This document shows positions 13,585-25,930 of a DNA stretch of 64,000 bases, piece by piece. The stretch comes from Eledone cirrhosa (taxonomy: Eukaryota): the NCBI GenBank assembly GCA_964016885.1, contig OZ024748.1:51708001-51772000 (forward strand), read 5' to 3'. The notes under the pieces are model-generated. The model ran no database searches. It had not been told where the DNA came from and was given only the letters and a program-made list of their open reading frames with translations. Within the stretch, counting starts at the first letter, position 1. Each line of letters opens with the position of its first letter. The position numbers and the translations under genes were made by a program.

Positions 13585-13980
13585 AATCATCACTACCAAC
13601 ATCATCATCATCATCATCATCACCACCACCACCAGCCCTCTTATCACCATCACTATCACCAACACCATCATCATCACCACCACCAACACCATCACCACCA
13701 CCACCATGATCATCACCAACACTATTATCATTATCACCAATACCAACAACATCATCATCATCCTTATCACCAACACCATAATGCCAACACCATCATCATC
13801 ACCACCATCACCTCCAACACCATTCACCATCACCATCACCATCACCATCAACACCCTCATCATCATCACCACCATCATCACCGACACCCTCATCATCATC
13901 ATCACCACCGACACCCTCATCATCATCATCATCATCATCATCACCGACACCCTTATCATCATCATCATCATCATCATTGC
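13585..13980. repeat. (CAT/CAC)n trinucleotide low-complexity tract
   Basis: Visible directly; accounts for the poly-M/V/T/I ORFs. Confidence 0.95.
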
Positions 13981-14484
13981 TGCTTCTATTATTAATACTA
14001 TTGCAGTAGTCTCATTTTTATTGAGTGCTTTTCCTGCATATCTGACAGAAGTTATATATTTAACAAATCATAATTCTTCTGTTTATAAGCCACAGGTGAG
14101 TACTTAAGTTCCATTTCCAACAACACAGTTCTGAGTTCAATACCTGTCCATGACATACTGGAAATGTGTCTTCTACTGTGCAAAAATCTATCATAATTAT
14201 GACTGTTTAATGTCTATTTTCCATGCTTGCGTGGGTTAGATGGCTGCCAAGTGAGTAGGTTCTGCTTTTATGCATTGGTTTGGTTTAGTGACGGTTGCTG
14301 GATAACTTTCCTAACACCAACAACTTTACAGAGTGTACTGGGAACATGGTTTCTATGACAGGATAACTTTCCTAATACCAACCACTTTACAGAGTGTACT
14401 GGGAACATTTTATCATGACTCTAGCTCTACTAACTTATGAGGTGGACTGGCTGCTTTTCATCATGGCACCACTACAATGCTCGC

Positions 14485-14521
<37 letters not shown>

Positions 14522-14789
14522 AATGAAGATACACACATATTTATATATGTAGAAAATCATGGGAGCTTCAACCCCTAGAATATAGTATCAGTCTGACTAG
14601 TTTCTTCTTCTATTAGAGACTCATCAAAGATTACTTACCTTGGCTTCTATCTACTAAGGTTTAGAAACCCATTGCTTCGTTTGGCTTGTTAAAATAAAGT
14701 AATATTTAAGTAATGGAGTTGTATAATTGACTTACACCCCCCTACAAAATTACTGGCTTAAATAAGAAACCATTATTATTATTATTATT

Positions 14790-14985
14790 GGCAGTGGATT
14801 GGCAGTATCAGTAGAAAGTCGGACGCCATGCTTTGACGCATAGAGTTACGCCCCTTGCCATTCTGAGTTCAAATCTCGCCGAGGTTAACTTTGCCTTTCA
14901 TCCTTACGGGGTCGATAAAATAAAGTACCAGTAATGCACTGAGTAATTGCTGGCTTTGTGCCAAAAGTAGAAACAATTATTACTA
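14790..14985 (+). mobile_element. SINE family A, full length
   Basis: GGCAGTGGATTGGCAGTATCAGTAGA (A box) ... GAGTTCAAATC (B box) ... central domain ... AGTAGAAACAATTATTA. A longer variant follows at ~15035-15260. Confidence 0.9.
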
Positions 14986-17764
14986 TTATTCATATGCATA
15001 CTGATGACCTTATTAACACTGGGTTATTATCCAAGGGCAGTGGATTGGTAATATCAGCAGTGTGTCGAGCATCATGCTTTTCAGCATAGAGCTATGACCT
15101 TCTACATTTTGCATTCAAATCCCACATTTCATCCTTACAGGGTTGATAAAATAAAGTACCAGTAAGACACTGGGGTTGATTTAACCGATTTCCCTCTCCT
15201 CAAAGAGAAAAAAAAAAATTGTTAGCCTTGTGACTAAATCAGAAACCATTATTATTATCATTAAGACAATTGGAATATCCAATCTCAAGTAAGCTAGTTC
15301 GAAAATGGTTAAATATTATATCGACTGTATGGTGTTAAATTAAAATAGACTAGGCTCAATTAGTGGGAAGTTAAAGTGGTATATTTCTGACCAGAGGAAC
15401 ACAGCTTAAAAACTATTGCTGCCATTTTGTTGTTGTACTCTAACTTTGCTTCACTCAATTTTGTCTTATTAACAAACAGGTTCACTTTCCTATATTACTT
15501 TGAGTGGTTTGCATTACTAAAAGCATTCAGCTATAAACTAATTGTTTCCATCAATTTGCAAGTGTCAAATGTCAAAGTTTCCCACCACAGAACAACAACA
15601 AAAAAAATGTGCATCAACAATATATATTCTGTTCAATAAAAGAAAATGTTGCCAATGTATTTACAACTAAAATGTTCCAGATTTGGAAATATCTAGATTT
15701 ACAAAAGAACTACCTCATCAATGGCAGCATGCAAATAATAAATAATACAGTTATATATATATATATATATATATTTATTATATTTATCGAGCCCTCTTTG
15801 GATTTTAGTCTTCAAATTTATTATTATTACTATATATATATATATATATATATAATTGTAAAGAAAAAATGTAAAATAAATCAAAAGAAGAAGAGATATG
15901 GATGGATGTTGGGTGGGTGTGGGGTGTGGGGTCGGTGAGGGGGATATTTAATATAATCAAGGAATTAAAAACAAATATTTTATTTAGTCTTATAATATTG
16001 TAGCTTCTGTTACTTACATCTAGGTTGATGGAAGTATGTGCGTATGCTAACATCTGTATCTATGTGATAATGTATGTGTGTGTGTGTGTGAAAGAGAGAG
16101 AGTGAGTGTGTGTGAACTTTTATGGAGGTATGAATGTATGCTAATGTGAATGTATGTGATAACGCGTGTGTGTGTGTGAAGGTGTGTGTGTGTGTGTGTG
16201 TGTGTGTGAGTGAAGGTGTGTGTGCGTGTATGTGAGAGTGAGTGTGTGTATTTATGGAGGTATGAGTATAAGCTAACATGTGTACGTGACAACATTTATG
16301 AGGAAGTGTGTGTGTGTGTGTGTGTGTGTATCTTTATGAAACCCTAAACAAGTTGTATGACATGCATCTTACTCTATTCCATTCCATTCCATAATTGGAA
16401 TAAATATTTGATGCAATATTAACCAAAAAGCTAACAAATGAAATTAACAAAAGAAAAAAAGGGAAACATGTTTTTACATACCACAGCATGGTCAGAACCA
16501 ACTTGCTGGAACCGGCAAAATAATGTTGTTGTTGGTGTTGTCTATCCAATGGTCAGTTCTGATGCAATAACCCTATGGTTAAAAGTATCCCCATCATGAC
16601 CAACCCCCATTCATATATATCTACAATATATATCTACAATTTGTAGAGTCATTAGAATGATGGACAGAATGCTTCTTTTACAGTATTTGTTCAGCTCACT
16701 GCATTCTGAATTCAAATCCTGCTGCAGTTAACTTTGCCTTTAATCCTTTCGAGGTTGATAAAAATATACCAGTACAGTACTGGGGTCAATTCCCCCTCTA
16801 TATATCTCTTTCATTTATTTTCTATCCTCTTCCTATTTCTTTGGCAGAAATTAGCTTCGTTTAGACCCGGGGAGGTTTTGAAAATGCCCAAGAATCGCCA
16901 TCTGCAACTTTAATGTGCCTACAACTCTACTAGGAGTTAGAGGTACATACAAACATACCTCTAGTATAAAATGGGTACACAGTATCCTTTCATGTCATAA
17001 AAAGGGACAAAAAGGGTTGGTGTCAGAACAAGCATCTGGCTATAAAACATTTACTCAAAAAATTCCACCCTGCCCATGCCAGCCTGGAAAATTCATCATA
17101 AAAATGATGATGATGATGGTGGTCTAAGGCTTGGTAGTCAGGGTGTTCAGCTCACAATTGTAAGGTCATAAGTTCGAATCATGGTAGCACATTGTCTACT
17201 TGAGCAAGACCCTTTATTTCTTGCTACTCCAGTCTATTCGTCTGAGAAAAAGAAGTTGACTCTCAAAATCAATGTTGCCATTTTTAGCAGAGTGGTTGGT
17301 TCATATAATGCTGCGTGGAAATATGTATGTTGATATGAGATTGAAGTGGGAAAACTGATTTTTTCTCCAAGCATTGAGACAGATCAAAATTAAATAAAAC
17401 TGGTGATTTAAACATTTTTTATTTGCACCATGGAATGCAACAAATCCATGTGGCAAATAATAACGCAACAGGAACGGTTTGGTATAACAAAGAGTAGTTA
17501 TAAGGGTAAAAAACGAATATTTGGTTGATGTGTTTAGAAGTAGAGGAATTTGCGAGGTAAATTGAATGTATGCGTGCAGGGATGTGATTTGAGAAATGAT
17601 GTCCCGATGTTGACTGACAGATTTGCTAACTTGGTTGCCATGGCCTGTTGGAAACAGTATCATAATGAGCAACATCAGCCATACTTAGATATCAGCAGTT
17701 GAATGTTAGAAAGACGAGCAGTATGAGAGTGAATGAGATGTCTGAAAACAAGAGCCTGGCTTAA

Positions 17765-17930
17765 ATAATTAAGATTTCATCATGACTATTTCTATTGATG
17801 ATGCCATAGCTATTTTACCCCAGATACCATATCATGGTGTATATATATATATATATACCATGGTATGGTATCTGGGGTAAGATAGCTATGGCATCATCAA
17901 TAGAAATAGTCATGATGAAATCTTAATTAT
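17765..17930. repeat. ~166-bp palindrome centred on (TA)n
   Basis: Arms of ~75 bp with three mismatches, read directly. Confidence 0.95.
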
Positions 17931-18038
17931 ATATCTTAATTATATATATATATATATATATATAAAGAGTGTCCCACAAAAATGTTGAAGAGTGTATATA
18001 TTTTTTAGGGACAACCTGTTTATACATATATATATATA

Positions 18039-19366
18039 TTCATTATCGCCCTCCAAGCTATAATGGAGGAGTTCAAGACCGGCTGCCCATGGGAACTTCT
18101 ATACGCAGATGATCTAACGCTCATAGCCGAATCAATGGGTGAACTAGAGAAGAAATTCCAAACATGGAAGCATGGCCTAGAATCAAAAGGCCTTAAAGTT
18201 AACTTGTCTAAGACTAAAGTCCTAATATGTAGGAAGGAGAATAGGGCACTGGTCCCATCTGGGAAATGGCCATGCTCAGTGTGTAGGAAAGGGGTAGGCA
18301 GAAACTCCATTTTATGTCCCAAATGCAAAGTATGGGTGCATAAAAGATGTAGTGGTATCACAGGTAAGCTAACTAAGAACATAGATTTTATATGTGGCCG
18401 GTGCTCTGATGCAATAAGTAGCAGCAAATGCCCACAGAATACAAGCTCATTCCATTGCCCAGATGGTTCTATAGAAATAGTGGACACCTTCCATTACCTG
18501 GGTGACAAAATCAGCAGTGGGGGAGGGTGCTCTGAAAGTACAGTAGCTAGAGTCAGAACGGGATGGAAAAAGTTCAGAGAGCTTATACCACTATTGGCCA
18601 CTAAAGGTTTCTTTCTAAAAATAAAAGGCAGGCTGTATGATGCCTGCATACGAACAGCGATGTTACATGGCAGTGAGACATGGGCCATGTGTGCAGAGGA
18701 TCTATGCAGACTGGAGAGGAACGAAGCTTGCATGCTCCGTTGGATGTATAATACGCGAATGGCAAAGCATAAATGAACTAAGTGAGAAATTAGGAATAAG
18801 AGGGATCAAATGCTGTTTACTCGAGAGAAGACTACGTTGATATGGTCACGTGATGCGCATGAAAGATGACAGCTGTATAAAAAAGTGCAGGGTGATCAAA
18901 ATAGACGGTAGCTACGGAGTAGCCAGATCCAGAAAAACCTGGGACGACTTGATAAAATCCGACCTCACACACTTACACCTCTCCAAGACAATGTCACTGG
19001 ACTGAGATCTTTGGCGCTACGTAGTAATACAGAAGACCCGCCTTGCCTGAGTACAAAGCAAAACCTACAGTCAGTAGGCACCTCTTAACCAAAATACACC
19101 CCCCGTCCCACTACCCCTACCCCCATCTACATCCAGTCCTAAATAAATGAGGTCGTGTAGGTGTCACAACGCTGTAATGTGGCCGTGTAGGTAACACGGT
19201 AAAAACTCCCAGTCCACAATGTAAACATGGTTGGTGTTAGGAAGGGCATCCAGCCGTAGAAAACCCGCCAGACACTCCTGAGCAAGACAACCAATCTTGC
19301 TTCAAGTGGGACAATTCCCGTCCAGACCCATGATAGCGTGGAAAATTGACGTTAAACGATGATGAT
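18039..19366 (+). mobile_element. 5'-truncated RTE-clade non-LTR retrotransposon (RT C-terminal half with PHD-like finger, 3' UTR, (GAT)n tail), disabled
   Basis: Motifs LLYADDL, GLKVNLSKTKV, FHYLGD, MLHGSETW and RRLR*YGHVMRM. Cys-rich insert CSVC..CPKC..WVHKRC..CGRC. Frameshift near 18760 and a premature stop at 18838-18840. 3' UTR runs from ~19050 to 19366. Confidence 0.92.
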
Positions 19367-19588
19367 ATATAGTAAAATATTGGTGGATGTGAAAAAGGAA
19401 AGCAATGTTCAATCTGGTATGAGAGTTGATATATTATTCATTTATGTTCATACATGAAACAAATTGCTAACTAAGGTTTCAAGTGCCTGCTGACTAGGCC
19501 ACAAATTGAGGAGATGGTCAATCTGAGGAGATCGTCAAAATTGGGCCTTGAAACCTTAGGTAGTACTTTTGGTCTGTGTATAAACATA

Positions 19589-19629
<41 letters not shown>

Positions 19630-19633
<4 letters not shown>

Positions 19634-19770
19634 CTCAAAATCCTGTTATCTGCACTAAATGCGGCATGGCGTATAAATCACCAGCGGGACTAATGTACCA
19701 TTTAAGGTATAAGCAAAGAACTGAGGAGACTGTTGAAACCTCATTTGTCAATATATGACAGGAGAGATTA
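19630..19770 (+). mobile_element. Extreme 3' end of an RTE/BovB-like LINE (C-terminal C2H2-like finger) inserted in (TA)n
   Basis: Translates as [26 protein letters not shown]..., like the terminal CxxC...GL..H finger of RTE ORFs. (TA)n on both sides. Confidence 0.6.
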
Positions 19771-19899
19771 TATATATATATATATATATATATATCTATA
19801 TATATATATATATATACACATATATATATACACAAACATGCCACTGTCAGAACCTTATATTTAAGATAGTGTATTTTCACTGATATGTATGTGTGTGTG

Positions 19900-19931
<32 letters not shown>

Positions 19932-20279
19932 AGCATGTTTGTTGGGAGGGGGTGCATATGTGTGTAACATTGAAATATATTTGTATGTACGTGACATTAA
20001 CAAAATATAATCCATCTTTTTCAAAAAGGCAGATGGTTTTCCTATACATTTTACTTAAGACATTCTATAATTAATACAGAGAATACAATGAAAATTTCTT
20101 CGAAAATGAATTTACGAAGGAGTAGGAAAAACAATAAAGAATAAAATTTCTTTAAAAACTAAATAATAATAAATATATTGTGGAAACAAGGAAAATACAT
20201 AATTTCATACATAAGACAAATGGTCCTTTATTTTGTTTTGCCATTTAGTTTCTTACATTACTCTTTCTTTTCAAATTTT

Positions 20280-20900
20280 AGTTATGTACATATGTATGTA
20301 TATGTATGTGTGTTGTTTATATGTGTATGTATGTGTGGTGTGTGTGTGTGTATATATGTGGGGTGTATGTGTGTGTGTATGTGTGATGTGTATGTGTGGT
20401 GTGTATGTGTGGTGTGTATGTGTATGTGTGTGTGTATATATATGAGGGATGTATGTGTGTGTATGTATGGGTGGTGTGTATGTGTGGTGTGTATGTGTGG
20501 TGTGCATGTGGGTGTGTGTGTGCATGTATGTGTGTGCATGTAAGTGTGGTGTGTATGTGCATGTATGTATGTACGTATGGTGTGTATGCATGTGTGGGGT
20601 GTATGTGTGTGTGTGTGTATGTATGGGTATGTGTGTATATGCATGTGTGGTGTGTACGTGTGTGTATATGCATGTGCGGTGTGTGTGTGTGTGTATGTAT
20701 GTGTGGTGTGTATTTCTGTGTATATGTGTGTGTATGGGTACATGGAGGGTGTAAATATATGTGTATTTATAGGTGTATGTATGTGTGGTGTGTATGCGTA
20801 CATGGATGGTGTGAATGTGTATGTGTATGTATGTATTCATGGATGGTGTGAATGTGTGTGTGTGTGTGTGTGTATGTATGTGTATATGAATGTTGTGAGT
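20280..20900. repeat. (TG)n-rich degenerate microsatellite
   Basis: Visible directly. Confidence 0.95.
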
Positions 20901-21099
20901 ATATAAGTATGTGCTTATGAATGCATTTTTGTGTGGGTGCTTCCTGTTCTCTTCCTTTGACAAATTTATTCAAAAAATGTCTGTATTTGTCTTTGTGTCT
21001 ATAAACACATATTCATTAATACTTATACATTTTATATATATATGTATACATATACATCATAGATACATACAAATATATATATACATGCATAGATATACA

Positions 21100-22140
21100 T
21101 ATACACACATACACATATATATATATACATACATATATAATCCCACACATATATCCCCCAACACATATACATATACACACACACACACATATATATGCAC
21201 ACATACATATATCCCCCAACACATATACATATACACACACACACATATATATATATATACACATACATATATACTCCCACACATATATCCTCCAACACAT
21301 ATACATATACACACACACACATATATATACACACATACATATATCCCCCAACACATATACATATACACACACACACATATATATATACACATACATATAT
21401 ATTCCCACACATATATCCCCCAACACATATACATATACACACACACACATATATATACACACAAACATATATCCCCCAACACATATACATATACACACAC
21501 ATATATATATATATACACATACATATATACTCCCACACATATATCCCCCAACACATATACATATACACACACACACACATATATATATATACACATACAT
21601 ATATATTCCCACACATATATCCCCCAACACATATACATATACACACACACACATATATATATATATACACATACATATATATTCCCACACATATATCCCC
21701 CAACACATATACATATACACACACACATATATATATATACACATACATATATATTCCCACACATATATCCCCCAACACATATACATATACACACACACAT
21801 ATATATATACACATACATATATATTCCCACACATATATCCCCCAACACATATACATATACACACACACATATATATATATACACATACATATATATTCCC
21901 ACACATATATCCCCCAACACATATACATATACACACACACATATATATATACACATACATATATATTCCCACACATATATCCCCCAACACATATACATAT
22001 ACACACACACATATATATATATACACATACATATATATTCCCACACATATATCCCCCAACACATATACATATACACACACACACATATATATACACATAC
22101 ATATATACTCCCCACATATATCCCCCAACACATATACATA
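21100..22140. repeat. ~70-bp minisatellite built from CA/TA microsatellite with TCCCACAC and CCCCCAACAC anchors (~15 units)
   Basis: CCCCCAACAC at 21769, 21839, 21911, 21981 and 22053 (70-72 bp spacing). Accounts for the 340-410 aa pseudo-ORFs. Confidence 0.92.
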
Positions 22141-22439
22141 TAATTGTTTATATGATGTTTTGTTTCTTTAAAAGGAAACATCTTATATATTTATTTATTT
22201 ATGCTTTTGTTTATGTCTGTTTTGCTTGAAAGTTTTGTTTTTATTTTGTACTTCCTCGCCTTGAATAGCATTTGGCTACATTGAAAACCATCTGCATTTC
22301 CGAGGAAAAGATTTTGAAGAAGAATAAACAACACTTTGAAACCTTTAGCTTTTCTAATGAAATATATTTCTGAAGATAGACTTGAGAACTTCACAAACGC
22401 TCTATGGGTATGCTAACACAATAATACATGTGCTAATGT

Positions 22440-22478
<39 letters not shown>

Positions 22479-22971
22479 CATGGTTAAACACTCCCTCATT
22501 CACACACATATTCATATATAAACACTCCCACCCAGATCTGTACACAGATCCGTATATAAGAACACTCCCCTCCCCTCATACACACACACACACATACATA
22601 CATACATACATAATCCAACACAGACAACTCATACACCAATACACAGAAAAGCACATCTGAAATCTCTCTCACACACACTCAGATATTCATGTGTAAATCC
22701 TTACACATACATCGAAAATAATGCATGAACACATATACAACACAAATGTACATATATATATATATGTATGTATGTATGTATATATATATATATATATATT
22801 TTACATACATGAATAAGTGTATGTATATATAATTGCAGGCATACATATAAAGAAAGCTGCACTTTTGCATTAAACTATGTAACCTAAGAACCAGGAAATG
22901 GTTGCTCAATGTGCTAGAAATTGCAGCTAAATCCCCTTCAAATCATACCATAACGTCTTGTTTAAGATAGT

Positions 22972-23290
22972 AAATAATTGTTTCTACTTTTGGCACAAGG
23001 CCAGCAATTATCCCAGTGCATTACTGGTATTTTATTTTATCGACCCCGTAAGGATGAAAGGCAAAGTGAACCTCGGTGGGATTTGAACTCAGATCATAAA
23101 GGTGCATAACTGTGCTGCAAAGCATGGCGTCTGACCCTCTACAGATACTGCCAATCCACTGCAAAGCATGGCGTCCGACCCTCTACAGATACTGCCAATC
23201 CACTGCAAAGCATGGCGTCCGACCCTCTACAGATACTGCCAATCCACTGCAAAGCATGGCATCCAACCTACTTATACTGCCAATCGCAAT
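22972..23290 (-). mobile_element. SINE family A with its 44-bp 5' head repeated four times in tandem
   Basis: GCAAAGCATGGCGTCCGACCCTCTACAGATACTGCCAATCCACT starts at 23117, 23161, 23205 and 23249. Confidence 0.9.
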
Positions 23291-23776
23291 AATGTAGACC
23301 AACAAACTCCTAATGGAGCAGGATGGTCATAGCTGGAATGCCTTTTTTCATAGCTCTGTCTGCTCAGGTTTAACCTGGAATTTAACAAAATGGAACAAAA
23401 GGAATTTTAAGTTCAGTGTAGTTACACAACCTGCAAGAAAGAGCAGCCAAATCTTCCTTCAATTACACCCTACCATCTTGCAAACAGAAAAAAAAACATT
23501 GGATATTGTTTGTTGTGAGAGTTTTGCAGCATATAGTTACCTCCCTTTGCATTCTGAGTTCAAATCTTGCTGAGGTTAGCTTTACCTTTCATCACAAGCT
23601 CAATAAAATAACATACTGGTAATGACTGATGAAGACAGTTACATTGACCATGATGTCATATGTACTGTATACATGTACATAGGAAGATAAGCAATGTACT
23701 ATGTCAACAGACTTAACCCGATTCTTCTAAATTTATTAATCTAAATGTTAAGGCTTCATATATACATACATATATT

Positions 23777-24117
23777 AAAGGTATATATTGAGTTAGGAAG
23801 TCACAACAAAATAGCTCTAAGAAAATAGCTCTAAGAAAGAGATATTTCTGATAGAATATTATAATAGAATATAAAAGAAAAATGAACACAGATATATTCA
23901 CAATTAACTTTGCGAAACAACAAGTTGTCTAAGTGATTGGTAGTTACCACAATTCCGGTTTGTATTCATTTTCTTCATTTTTTCTTAAATTGAGACAAGC
24001 AAACCCAATTGTCTATAGTTAGTATTCTTTTCACCTTAGCGAATCAGGTCCCTTACGATTTGAACACATATATCTATATATCTGTGTTCGTTTTTCTTTT
24101 ATATTCTATTATAATAT
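23777..24117. mobile_element. Short insertion with 42-bp inverted repeats (Penelope-remnant-like or MITE-like) in a TA-rich site
   Basis: Arms at 23856-23897 and 24076-24117, one mismatch. Absent from the paralogous segments at ~26770 and ~32410. ATACATACATATAT occurs on both sides. Confidence 0.7.
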
Positions 24118-25199
24118 ACATACATATATATATATATTTGAGAAAATGCTTTGTGGTAGTATTGATGAAGTGTAAAGATGATGAGTGAGTATCTTATTGT
24201 GCAAGTAATGGCAAGTAAGTGAAGTATGTCTCAGTGAGTCAAGAGAAGTTTTGCATTGTTTGAGGAAACAAGTAGTTGAACATGCTTGTTGTAGTTTGTA
24301 GTGAGGAAGCTGATTTTCCTAAATCATATGGTTAAAAATTCACAAATGAACAAGTCACAATTAATTTAAAGGTCTTTATTTGGAATATAATTTACTTCGA
24401 AACCATGTATAACAGTCAACAATGGAAAAGATCCATGCACGGATGCAGTATATTATATGTACAAATTTAGTCATATTTATACACCCAAGTTGGTAGCAAT
24501 CTCAGATAATGCTGATCCAGCAAAGCTGGCTAGAGAGTGTGTCTCTGTGTGGTTACATTGCTAGGCAAACCAAACAAACTGTTTGTTGCAGAGTCAAAAG
24601 CAGATTATCTTTTGTGGAGTTGAAAACCAGAATGTTTTGGTGATTGAAAACCTCTTCTATATTTAAGAATTAGGTTGCCCAGAAACATTAAACAGATGGC
24701 CTTTCAACTGTCCTCTGTTCAGACACTCCAGTGCCATGAGCCTTCTACAAGAGACTATTATCTAAGTTTTTGACTCAGAAGACACAGGTCAGTCTTTTGG
24801 TGGTCACATGTGACAGACTAAAAAATGTTAAGGTACTGCTGTGAATGTAATACAGCATGGCCAATGACCCCTGGATCAAACTTGTGTACAAGCAGTGCTC
24901 ACCTGGGTTTAAAAAACACACACACATACAGACATATAAAGGCATACAACTCACACACAAACAACACAAACATACACACAAAATCATCCAACTCACATCT
25001 ATAATTTAAAAGACAAAAGATATTTATGAGATTGCAACATTATAGAAAATGAAATAAACAACAAGCTGTTTTAATTTAGCCAAAAGACATCCAGTTAATC
25101 AGGATGTCACTAATTGTTTTAATAATTCATTAATTGTTATCATAATGTGGCTGATATTTTTTCAAATTAATCTTTTGGTTTTGTTTTCAAAGAAAAATA

Positions 25200-25930
25200 T
25201 CTTCATCATTATCATCATCGCTGTTTCCATAATCATTGTGATTGTCATTATTATTTACAACATAACCACCAATATCATCATCATCACCAATACCATTGAA
25301 ATCATCACCACCAATACCATCAATATCATCACCATCACTGCCAATACCTTCAACATCATCACCACCATTTCCATCAACATCACCACCAATATCATCATCA
25401 TCATCACCACCACCACCAACACCATCATCATCACCACCATTTCCATCATCAACACCACCACCATTATCATCACCACCCCCATTTCCATCAACATCACCAC
25501 CATTATCATCACCACCACCAATACCATCATCATCCTCAATAGTTCTATCATTATCACCAGTTTCCATCAACATACACCACCACCACCACCACCCCCACCA
25601 TCATCAATATCACCACCACCATCATCATCATCATTATAATCACAACCATTATCATCACCACCACCACCATCGTCATCATCATCATCACCACAACCACAAC
25701 CATCACGACCACCACCGTGACCACCATCATCACCACAACCATCATCATCACCACCACCATCATCATCACCACAACCATCATCATCACCACCTCAACCATC
25801 ACCACAACCACAACCATCACCACAACCATCATCACCGCCATCATCATCACCACAACCATCATCACCACCACCATCATCAACACCACCATCATCACCATCA
25901 TCAACACCACTACCATTTTAATCATCATCA
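25200..25930. repeat. (CAT/CAC/CAA)n low-complexity tract
   Basis: Visible directly; the poly-His/Thr/Met ORFs here are artefacts. Confidence 0.95.

Noticed and set aside
14050-14102. Strong splice donor CAG|GTGAGT with a possible micro-exon
   Set aside because: Overlaps a degenerate SINE head, and the peptide is unrecognisable.
17301-17700. Possible CR1/L2 3' remnants (also 47650-47990 and an RTE-like stretch at 36980-37380)
   Set aside because: Resemblance is too faint to call by eye; would need RepeatMasker or nhmmer.
19718-19750. CTGAGGAG…GAAAC hammerhead-like string
   Set aside because: Stem III cannot form; better explained as the end of the RTE zinc-finger ORF and its 3' UTR.
20178-22229. 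Long ORFs (up to 410 aa) rich in Y/I/H/T/C/V
   Set aside because: Translations of TG/CA/TA microsatellite and a 70-bp minisatellite, open in many frames on both strands. The same applies to the ORFs at 40862-42580, 47305-47727 and 51435-51899.
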